Made by a program: the position numbers and the translations under genes. 64,000 nt of DNA from Candidatus Binatia bacterium (lineage in GTDB: Bacteria; Desulfobacterota; Binatia; HRBIN30): NCBI GenBank assembly GCA_038245295.1, contig JBBRSP010000006.1, positions 128,001 through 192,000 on the forward strand, in the 5' to 3' direction. Shown one piece after another: positions 47,281 through 55,019 of this stretch. Within the stretch, counting starts at the first letter, position 1. Each line of letters begins with the position of its first letter. The notes under the pieces were generated by a model, which saw only the letters and a program-made list of their open reading frames with translations, was not told where the DNA came from and did not search any database.

Positions 47281-48887
47281 CAGCCGAGTCGTGGCCTTCC
47301 CCGCCGAGTTGGCGGAACGGGCTCTTGAGACACGACGACGATCGGCGGCCGAACAAGTTCCCGGAGGCGAGCTTTCCGCGCGGTGAGTTGGCGACGCAAC
47401 ACTTCTCTCGGGACGGCGAAACCGCCGTGGTCGATCCCCTGTTCCCTGATGAACGCGTCGAGCCGGTTCGCGGAGATCCCGATCCGCTCGTGTGGGGGCA
47501 CGAAGTCCGCGACTCGAACTTGGACTGCACGGTATGGTTTGCGACGATCGTACCAGTAGCACATGCGGTTCGGCAGCCGCTGTAGTTTCTCCATCAAGTG
47601 ACGGCGCATTTCGCTGCGACTGGGAACCTCCCCTGAGCGGCGCAGGGCGCTTCCCACCATTTCCGGGTCGACGTCGGGAAGGAAGTCACCGAAGAATTCG
47701 GCGTTCCGCCCCGACGTCCGAAACAGCGCCATGAGGTCGCAGTTCGCAAGCATCGTCTCCCGGAGCGCCGGCGGCACTTGCGAGAAGTTGTGCATGACGA
47801 GTGCCAGGTGCACACCGAAGCTCCGAAGCGTCGTGAGTGCCGTCGCGAAGCGGTCGGCCAGCGCCGGGGCGGCGAGCAGGTGGAAGAATTCATCGAGGAC
47901 GACGAGGTACGGACGATGTTTGCCTTCCGAGGCATAGGCCGCCTGGAACAACAGCTGAAGCAGCAGGCTGCCGAGCAAAGCCACCACCTCTTCTGGAATG
48001 CCGGCACCTTTGCCGAGAAATACGAGCAAAGGATCACCTCGTGAGATGACGTCGCTCAGATCGATGAGATCGTCCGCCCCGAGCATGAGGCGGACGTTCT
48101 CGGCGAGCAGCAATGCCTGCAGCCGAGCGGTGAGCGCATGCTTCGACGTCTCCGGGAGAATCGCGTACGTCCGAAAGAAGAACTCCTTCAGGCGTTGGTC
48201 CGCCGACCGCTCGACGAGCACACCGCGCAGCACGTCATCTTCCAGGACGGCAGGCGCCTCGACGAGCGACAGACCGGCCTCGGTGAGGAGCATCACCAAG
48301 TGACGGAGGATGTTCTCCATATGAATACTAAGCGAGGCCTCAAAGAGACGCGCGAATGCCAGGGTGACGTCGTAGGCCTGCACTTCGGCCGTCGATCCGG
48401 ATGGTACCCGGCAGATGTTCAAAGGCGGCAGCGCATCGCTGAATGGGTTGATGATCGCGAGTCGCTCAATGAAGGTGGTGCGATCCCCTGGGTTCATCTC
48501 CCACGCGATTGCGGCAGCTGACTGCAACACCATGTGAAAGAATCCCGACTTGCAATCGACGACGCCGATCGGTCGTCGTACCGAGAGTGCCCAGTCGACG
48601 CACGACGTAACGAAGGTCGTCTTGCCAGTACCGGTCCCACCCTGAACGAGCCAGTGCGCGGCGAAATCATCCGGGCTGAGTCGTAGACGCACCATTTTAC
48701 CGGCCGCGTCGCCCGCCGTGCCAATCTGCAGCGCAAGCTCTTTATCCTGACTAGTTGTAACAAAAGCGTCGTAGTCACCGACGGCTTCGCGAAACACCCG
48801 GGCGCTCGCCCTTGCCACCTCGGCTCGTGCCTTCTGGCGATCACGCGCATGGCCGCGCGCGACTTGAATCCAACGCTCAAGTGCCAT
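47280..48887 (-). CDS. VirD4/TraD-like coupling ATPase (HerA-FtsK superfamily)
   Basis: H.LV.GGTGTGKT (Walker A), VVDCK, VVLDEF (Walker B) and RSFGVHL..HN.SQ motifs. Confidence 0.82.
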   Translation of the reverse strand: MALERWIQVARGHARDRQKARAEVARASARVFREAVGDYDAFVTTSQDKELALQIGTAGDAAGKMVRLRLSPDDFAAHWLVQGGTGTGKTTFVTSCVDWALSVRRPIGVVDCKSGFFHMVLQSAAAIAWEMNPGDRTTFIERLAIINPFSDALPPLNICRVPSGSTAEVQAYDVTLAFARLFEASLSIHMENILRHLVMLLTEAGLSLVEAPAVLEDDVLRGVLVERSADQRLKEFFFRTYAILPETSKHALTARLQALLLAENVRLMLGADDLIDLSDVISRGDPLLVFLGKGAGIPEEVVALLGSLLLQLLFQAAYASEGKHRPYLVVLDEFFHLLAAPALADRFATALTTLRSFGVHLALVMHNFSQVPPALRETMLANCDLMALFRTSGRNAEFFGDFLPDVDPEMVGSALRRSGEVPSRSEMRRHLMEKLQRLPNRMCYWYDRRKPYRAVQVRVADFVPPHERIGISANRLDAFIREQGIDHGGFAVPREVLRRQLTARKARLRELVRPPIVVVSQEPVPPTRRGRPRLG

Positions 48888-48895
48888 CTCGATCC

Positions 48896-49186
48896 TCAGT
48901 GGTCGCGCTGCTCATGTCGCCGTTCGGCAATCCCCGCCGGCCGACGCACCGGTGGAATGCGGAGCGGCTGTTCATCCTCGATCTCCACATGCCCATGCCG
49001 CCGTATGGTCATCCCCGCACCCAGGCATACCGCTACGATTCCCACGAGCAAGAGCCACGGCAGCACGACACTGATGACTAGAACGATTGCCTGGAAGGCG
49101 CAGCACATGAGCGGCTGCACGATGAGCAGCGCCACCACAAGCTCGACCAGCGTGTCCATCGATGCCCGGCCGCGCTCATCGTTCAT
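48896..49186 (-). CDS. small two-TM membrane protein
   Basis: Long hydrophobic stretch then basic tail; ATGA overlap with the JAB-E1 stop. Confidence 0.65.
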   Translation of the reverse strand: MNDERGRASMDTLVELVVALLIVQPLMCCAFQAIVLVISVVLPWLLLVGIVAVCLGAGMTIRRHGHVEIEDEQPLRIPPVRRPAGIAERRHEQRDH

Positions 49187-50625
49187 CCGGAGGCGCCTTC
49201 CGCGTGGCCGACATCATCCAGACCAGGGATGACCGGTGGTAACTCACTCCTGCTCATGCGGTTCGGGCGCCAGGTCGGAACAAGATCACCCAGACCCAGC
49301 CGTCCTTCTGCGCTGCAGTGCAAACACCCCTTTGTTTCCGGCACGGTGATTGAGAAGATCTCCCCTTCGAGTTCGCGATAGACGAGGTACGGCCGCGGGT
49401 TCCGGTAGGGGGCGACGAGGTTGTGCAGCTCTGCCACAGCAAGCGAGGCCACCACACCGTTTAGGTGGTACACCGCGGGCGCAGCTACTCCGGTCAAGTA
49501 TCCGCGTTGCGTCAGAAGCGCCCGCTCCTCTGGTCGTGCCAGATCTTGTGCTGCACGCGTCGCGTCAAGCACACCTGCGCAGAGCAGGCACCACGCTCCC
49601 AGGGGCGGCACCACGACTTCGCCGCTGATATCGTCAAAGCGTCCGTCGTCGCCCACGCTGAGGTTGACCCCAGCGTGCAGAATCGGAATCAGATATTGCG
49701 CGGCCAAGGCGTTGAGCACGAGACGGGAAGCATCGTTGTCCGTGGCAGCGATCAAGACATCGCAACCACTGAGCGCCCTGAGCGAGCGCTCCGTGAACAC
49801 GGTACAACGCAGCGCCTTGATTTCCGCATCGTCGTCGATGCTGCGAATGTTTCGCGCCGCCACATCGACCTTGGCGATTTCTTCGGTCGCATCGGAGAGC
49901 GTGGTCGCGAGCAGTCGATTGAGGTTGCTGACTTCGACAATGTCCGGATCGACCAGCACCCAATCCCGCACCCCGAGTCGGGTGAGCTCCTCAACAATGA
50001 CACTGCCAATGCCACCCACGCCGACAATTCCCACGCGCAGCGCTCGCATCCGCGCCTGAAACCCTCTCCCAAAAGCGCCGATCTGCCGATCGAACCGAGC
50101 GGCGTCGACCGCTGACAAGCCCGCATCCCCATCGAACATCAGCATCGCTCCATCGAAGGACGGCGACGGAATTCGAACCGGCCTCGCTTCGTCATCGCGC
50201 ACCTCCCAAATGCGTGTGGCTGTGCTCGATGGATTGACGACGACCGAACCGTAAACCGTTTCAGGCAGGCGCTCCGCGAGGTAGGCAGCCATTACGAGTT
50301 CGTTTTGATCATCGATACACGAGAAATCGACGTGCGGGCCGTCACCGGGGTGCGAGTGGAAGTCGACCTGCGACAAACCCTCTTGGGCGGCCAGTTGCAG
50401 GACGTGCTGCTGCACCTCGGGTCGCAGGGTCAGACCGCCCGCCGATTGATGACTGAATGCCTCAGGCGGCATGAGTACGAGGTGACGTCCCAGAAGCCTC
50501 AGTTGTGTGCCTGTGCGGTGCAGGCCGCAGAGTACGATAGCCATTTGCTCACGCTCTCGATCGTGGAGCAGGTGCGTGCGGAGTTCTCCTCCCATGGTTG
50601 GTGGAAGGACGATTCGATAGTTCAT
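49183..50625 (-). CDS. JAB peptidase-ThiF/E1 adenylyltransferase fusion
   Basis: JAB: E...HSHP....FS..D; E1: RFDRQ, GVGGIGS, DPD.VE.SNLNR, K, TDN..SR, CLLC and CLHC. Confidence 0.9.
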   Translation of the reverse strand: MNYRIVLPPTMGGELRTHLLHDREREQMAIVLCGLHRTGTQLRLLGRHLVLMPPEAFSHQSAGGLTLRPEVQQHVLQLAAQEGLSQVDFHSHPGDGPHVDFSCIDDQNELVMAAYLAERLPETVYGSVVVNPSSTATRIWEVRDDEARPVRIPSPSFDGAMLMFDGDAGLSAVDAARFDRQIGAFGRGFQARMRALRVGIVGVGGIGSVIVEELTRLGVRDWVLVDPDIVEVSNLNRLLATTLSDATEEIAKVDVAARNIRSIDDDAEIKALRCTVFTERSLRALSGCDVLIAATDNDASRLVLNALAAQYLIPILHAGVNLSVGDDGRFDDISGEVVVPPLGAWCLLCAGVLDATRAAQDLARPEERALLTQRGYLTGVAAPAVYHLNGVVASLAVAELHNLVAPYRNPRPYLVYRELEGEIFSITVPETKGCLHCSAEGRLGLGDLVPTWRPNRMSRSELPPVIPGLDDVGHAEGASG

Positions 50626-50636
50626 GACGGATGTCC

Positions 50637-51188
50637 TCAATTGTCGTTGGTCAACACGTCGCGCACGAGCGACAAGAAGGTCCACAGATTGTCGGAATCG
50701 CGGAAGTCGGCCGATGGCTGCCAACCGCCATCGTCAGGAGCCTTCGGCCAGACGCAATACCAGTGCCAACCTGCTGCCAGAAGATCGGGCGCACCATGAA
50801 ATGCGGAGCTGGTGAGATGTGGATCACCCCCGCCGTCGGCCAGAGGAAATTTCCTGTCGAGATAGAAACCGAGTGGCGGTGAGATCGGGTAGGTCTGTGG
50901 GAACACGACTAAGAGCTGCGCCCAGCGGTGCTGCCAGCGTTCCGGGAGCGCGAACTGTTGGATGCGAAGCCAATCGCCGTTCGCTTCGTCGAAGTCGACG
51001 CCACCGCGATCGCTGAAACGCGGCGCGATCATCAGGACCTCGTTCTGAATGCGCGTTGTGCGATCGTCGAACCCCGAGGGGCCAACGGCAGCCCGGCGCG
51101 CTGGCGCTCTGTCGGGCGTCACGTCGATCGCCGTATCATGGCCGTCTGGTATGAACAGTGCCTCAAGGACTCGGACGAATGTGCTCAT
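50637..51188 (-). CDS. prokaryotic E2/UBC-like protein
   Basis: W..I..F.LP..W..LL..P..YP..PP.GFY UBC-like pattern, WHWYC and DNL.TFL; lies between the Ubl and JAB-E1 genes. Confidence 0.78.
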   Translation of the reverse strand: MSTFVRVLEALFIPDGHDTAIDVTPDRAPARRAAVGPSGFDDRTTRIQNEVLMIAPRFSDRGGVDFDEANGDWLRIQQFALPERWQHRWAQLLVVFPQTYPISPPLGFYLDRKFPLADGGGDPHLTSSAFHGAPDLLAAGWHWYCVWPKAPDDGGWQPSADFRDSDNLWTFLSLVRDVLTNDN

Positions 51189-51412
51189 GAAAACCTCCCC
51201 CTGGCCTGCCCTTTGACCCGCGCCGGCGCATCGAGAAATACGTCCCCGTCGTTGATCGGAACTCTGCTGCCCTTCGGGATCATGAAGTTGCCTTCTCGCG
51301 TTCGGCGCATGAGATTGCGCTTGCCGTCGATGTTGCCGATCCGACGGATATCCGCATCGGAGGCTGACTCCGGCAAATTCACCTGACGACCGTTGATGAT
51401 TGCTGCTGCCAT
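51185..51412 (-). CDS. ubiquitin-like (beta-grasp) protein, 75 aa
   Basis: IINGRQV..DGDVF..RVKG pattern, RBS AAGGGAG, position upstream of E2 and JAB-E1. Confidence 0.72.
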   Translation of the reverse strand: MAAAIINGRQVNLPESASDADIRRIGNIDGKRNLMRRTREGNFMIPKGSRVPINDGDVFLDAPARVKGQARGRFS

Positions 51413-51452
51413 TTTGTGTTCTCCCTTTTTGTGTTGTGCTGCTGTTGAAGGA

Positions 51453-51662
51453 CTATCGGTTCCGCCCGCGGCGCTTCGGCGCGCCGCCGAAGAGTTGCTT
51501 GGCAACCTCATGGCCCAGCCCGCCAAGCTGTCGCGTCGCTTCGCCCTTGAAGCCTCGCAGTTGCCACTCGGCCTCGCGGCCAAAGCCGCGGAGCTGCCGA
51601 CTCGCTTCACGACGGATTTGGCGAACGAGCCCGCTCCGTCTGTCATCGCCTCGCTTTGCCAT
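51453..51662 (-). CDS. small basic protein with four 11-residue repeats
   Basis: Strong RBS AGAGGAGGA; repeats REASRQLRGFG / REAEWQLRGFK / GEATRQLGGLG / HEVAKQLFGGA. Confidence 0.68.
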   Translation of the reverse strand: MAKRGDDRRSGLVRQIRREASRQLRGFGREAEWQLRGFKGEATRQLGGLGHEVAKQLFGGAPKRRGRNR

Positions 51663-51808
51663 TCTTGTCCTCCTCTCTTGTTTTTTGATCGGTCATGGCT
51701 CGCGTCGAAGCGCCGTACAGAACGCCTCACGTGTGACCGGATCCTAGAGCGGATTGAGAAAAGGGGTACGGTAACGACGGGGCTACGGAGAGGGATACTG
51801 AGGATAGG

Positions 51809-52678
51809 TCAAACGACCGCGAGGACGCGGCAGATTTGGCGAACGACGTCGGTGGCAATCGCGCTTTGGGCGTGCAGCAACTGGGACTCGGAGAAAGGGT
51901 AAGAGCTGGCCCACAGGACTTCTTGTTTCTTTGTGTCGGTCAACTCGACGTCGAGTCGAGCGACATCACCGTGCGCGCGAAGGATACCGATGAGCACGGC
52001 ACAGACTTCGTCGGCGCGAACGTCGCGCTGTCGGTTCTCAGCTTTACTGTGAGCTGCAATCTCGAGAACAGTGGCCAGATCCGCAGAAACAACTCGCAGT
52101 CCGCGGACGCTGGAAAGCTGCGCGAGAATGGTCGCACGAAAGCCGCCGGCCAAATCTGCGCCGAGTCGTTCACCTGTGGCCGCTTGGAATGCAGGCATGA
52201 GTAGACAGTGGTTGAACGAGACGCCAGCCGACTCGGCCCGCACGAGCTCGCGCCAGTCCACTCGCCACCCGACCCGCACGCTCAACACGTCGGCAAGTTT
52301 TACCAGCGAGCCACTCGTCGCTCGACCCCCGCTGCGCCACTTCTTGATCGTGCCTTCCGAAAGAAGCCGGCTCTCGAGCGCCAGTCCAGGTTCGTAGAGG
52401 TCGATGATTTTCAAGCCGGCCTGTCGGCAGAGCGTCTTGAGCTTGGGGTAGTCAACGGAGTAGCCGCGGCGATGCTCATCGTTTGCTGTTGTGGTGGCAC
52501 GCGATATCGCGCGCCCTCCGCCGCTCTTACCTTGTCGTGGTCGTGAAGATCGGGCAAGACGTCGTGTAGCCGCTCCCACCACGGTGGTTACTGGCGATAC
52601 CGGATCAGGAGCGACGAACCCTCGCGTTTCGTGCCGACGCTGCGCCGGCTCGGCTCCTTCTGATGCACGACGGTTCAT
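51809..52678 (-). CDS. XRE-like HTH fused to a TolB-N-like domain
   Basis: LSEGTIKKW.SG....L.KLA.VL HTH; P.F..LA.G...LS...GLRV.S..V.L.D....LW..Y..Q..IA pattern; start uncertain. Confidence 0.6.
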   Translation of the reverse strand: MNRRASEGAEPAQRRHETRGFVAPDPVSPVTTVVGAATRRLARSSRPRQGKSGGGRAISRATTTANDEHRRGYSVDYPKLKTLCRQAGLKIIDLYEPGLALESRLLSEGTIKKWRSGGRATSGSLVKLADVLSVRVGWRVDWRELVRAESAGVSFNHCLLMPAFQAATGERLGADLAGGFRATILAQLSSVRGLRVVSADLATVLEIAAHSKAENRQRDVRADEVCAVLIGILRAHGDVARLDVELTDTKKQEVLWASSYPFSESQLLHAQSAIATDVVRQICRVLAVV

Positions 52679-53763
52679 TGCCTGGCCTCCTTCCGAGGGC
52701 GAGTACTTTGACGGCGAGACGTTTGTCTCCTCGTGGAGGATTTTGGGGTCTTTCCTCTAGGTGACGAGACAGGGGCGATATGAGGGGCCTTCGGAACATC
52801 GCCAACGTCTGGAACCGCGGCGATTTCATCTATGCTCGACGGCGGTAGCAAGGTGACCTCTTCCTTAATGCCAGGACGCAGCCGTTCGGCGAGTTGCAAC
52901 CTGCGGCGAAACCATATGCGGTAGTCGGCTGACGACGCTCGCGGTATCGCGTCCACGCCACTCGCGACGAGCCACCCGTGGGCAGCTGCGAGTGTGGCAT
53001 TGAACTCCTCGATCAGTCCGTCGACCGGATCGTGTCGATCCAGCGGAAAGCCGCTCGTCTCGATTTCTTGCAGCAGCTCATCGCCAATCGGCAACAGGCG
53101 GTGAGTTGCGAATTGGACGAACCGGAGGGGCTCACCCACGGCGTGTGGGAGCAAGTATGAAACGAGTCGGAAATTCGCGTCGACAGCGTGCGGGACTTCA
53201 CCTAGCGCGAGCGCTGTCAGATAGTGGTAGCGACGACATTCGTTCCACAGGAGAAACGCATAGGCGGCCTGCTCGTTCGGCAAGAGCCCTTGAATTAGTA
53301 CGCCAGCCGCCGCCAACCGAAGAGCGGATTGGAGGTGGCGATCCAGTTGATCGCTGTACGCGACGACAACGATCCTTCTCTCCGGAAAAAACAGGGCGCC
53401 CATGCGCTCGGCTTCCTTTAGCGATCGCACAATTAGTTTGGATGGACCCATCCACGTCCACAAGCGATAGCGGCGATCACGGGTTTCAAAGAGGAGCGGA
53501 AGGTAGCGCACCTTCCGCGTCGAGCGCTGTTCGAGACGTCGCTCCTGTCGCAGAGCCTCTAGGCCGATCTTTCCGCCACCGTGAGCGCGGACAAATTCCG
53601 ACCGGTAGACTTTCTTGTACGCCGCCGAGTGACGCCGTCCCAAGCCGCGTTTAGTCACAAGCCTCTTCCTCTTCCTCTTCTCACCGCTTTCTGTTGATAC
53701 CGGTCGGCGCGCTTCACGGGGTGAGGCGGGCGGTGGGTTATGTTTGTTGTCGTCCATCGTCAT
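52675..53763 (-). CDS. hypothetical protein
   Basis: 362-aa ORF whose stop overlaps the next ATG; basic termini; no motif recognised. Confidence 0.55.
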   Translation of the reverse strand: MTMDDNKHNPPPASPREARRPVSTESGEKRKRKRLVTKRGLGRRHSAAYKKVYRSEFVRAHGGGKIGLEALRQERRLEQRSTRKVRYLPLLFETRDRRYRLWTWMGPSKLIVRSLKEAERMGALFFPERRIVVVAYSDQLDRHLQSALRLAAAGVLIQGLLPNEQAAYAFLLWNECRRYHYLTALALGEVPHAVDANFRLVSYLLPHAVGEPLRFVQFATHRLLPIGDELLQEIETSGFPLDRHDPVDGLIEEFNATLAAAHGWLVASGVDAIPRASSADYRIWFRRRLQLAERLRPGIKEEVTLLPPSSIDEIAAVPDVGDVPKAPHIAPVSSPRGKTPKSSTRRQTSRRQSTRPRKEARQ

Positions 53764-53941
53764 TCAGGGAAGCCGTCGAGTGCTTCACCATTCCTCTACT
53801 CGACAAACTACAGCACGCGCGCATCGCGTTCGACGGCCAGAACCGGTTGGACCGACACAACGCGACCCTTGTCGGCGTGACGAAACAAGCGGCGCTACAG
53901 GTCTTCCTGAAGCGCCGCTTTCGTATTGCTGCCCAAGGTCG

Positions 53942-54484
53942 TCACCTCCGCGATGCAGGGTGTCGTATGGGGAGGGAATGGTTGCCGTCAGCTGAATAGT
54001 AGTAAGTAAGGGCGAAAGAGACGGCATCGAAAATCGCCATCCGTTGGTCCTCGCTCATCCAGAGCTTGCGAATCGGCGGCACCGATACCGCTAAGGCAGG
54101 GAGATGTTCCGCAACGGTGCGGGCCATCCGGTCTTTGTTCGGTCGCTCTTCCCCTTTGAACATCTCGCGGACTTCCCGCGCCGAGACGATGTGAAGGTCA
54201 AGGCCAAGGTGGATGACGAGCCGCGAGATTCCTCGAATCAAGGCACGCGCGCGTCGTCGACGCCGACAGCTTGAGTCCGCGCAATTCTCAACGATGACGA
54301 TGTCCGGTTGGTACTGCTGAATGAGCTGGGTCACCTTCTGGAGTGCCACTCGTCGCGTACCACCACGGCTTCGACTCAGACCCCAATCTACAAGGTCACC
54401 CGGGCCTTCAAGGATTGCATACCCAAAACCACGCGAGAACGGATCCACCCCTAAGACCCGGCGCGTCATGCGCTCGCGTCTCAT
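53942..54484 (-). CDS. RuvC-like (RNase H fold) nuclease/resolvase
   Basis: VLGVDP..RGFGYA.L, IVIVE, K and FDA motifs. Confidence 0.7.
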   Translation of the reverse strand: MRRERMTRRVLGVDPFSRGFGYAILEGPGDLVDWGLSRSRGGTRRVALQKVTQLIQQYQPDIVIVENCADSSCRRRRRARALIRGISRLVIHLGLDLHIVSAREVREMFKGEERPNKDRMARTVAEHLPALAVSVPPIRKLWMSEDQRMAIFDAVSFALTYYYSADGNHSLPIRHPASRR

Positions 54485-54846
54485 ACCGATGCATCGTTAT
54501 CGGTCTGATGCGCTCCTGCTGCGTTGGCGATCGCCGAAAGCGTCTCCAGTTTGCGCTGGTGTAGCGGACCGCCATGGCTGGTGGACAGACGTTGCACGAG
54601 CGCGTGCACACGTTGAATGACGTCGCTCGTGGCCCGCTCATGTGCGCCCGCAAAGAGCCGCTCCAGCGGTAGACGAAAAATGATGGCGCACGCAAACATC
54701 GTGGCGACGTTTGGGTGGCGTACGAATCGCTCGTAGCGCGATACTTTGCTGCCATGTTGGCAGCCGAGCAGGAAGGAAACCTCAGCCTGAGACAGGCCTG
54801 CCTCCCTCCGCGCTGCCCGAATGTAGTTCGGGAGCTTCTGAGGCAT
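54481..54846 (-). CDS. XRE family HTH transcriptional regulator
   Basis: IRAARREAGLSQAEVSFLLG....VSRYE...RHP motif. Confidence 0.85.
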   Translation of the reverse strand: MPQKLPNYIRAARREAGLSQAEVSFLLGCQHGSKVSRYERFVRHPNVATMFACAIIFRLPLERLFAGAHERATSDVIQRVHALVQRLSTSHGGPLHQRKLETLSAIANAAGAHQTDNDASV

Positions 54847-54981
54847 AGGTTCTACTTTTAGAAACTGTCGCCGCAGGGATGCGGCGACAAATGAATAATC
54901 TTTTCATTGTACGATGGCCGCCAGCCTTGTTGGAGGATATCCGTTGTGCCGTCAGCGGCAACTTGCAACGAGAGCCTGAAC

Positions 54982-55014
54982 GAAAAAGAAGGCAAGCGGG
55001 GATGCTTGCCTTCT
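54982..55014 (-). terminator. intrinsic terminator after the DUF932-like gene
   Basis: 11-bp stem AGAAGGCAAGC/GCTTGCCTTCT followed by a T-run on the minus strand. Confidence 0.7.
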
Positions 55015-55019
55015 GTGCT

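Noticed and set aside
49183..51412. Thiamine/molybdopterin sulfur-carrier (ThiS-ThiF, MoaD-MoeB) or CBASS locus
   Set aside because: An E2-like gene is present, while cofactor-biosynthesis genes and a CD-NTase cyclase are absent.
53694..53999. Possible BrnT-like toxin on the plus strand (SFREAVECF..LVG.T..RFRI)
   Set aside because: The resemblance is faint, the ORF overlaps two minus-strand genes, and there is no clear RBS or antitoxin partner. A profile search would be needed.
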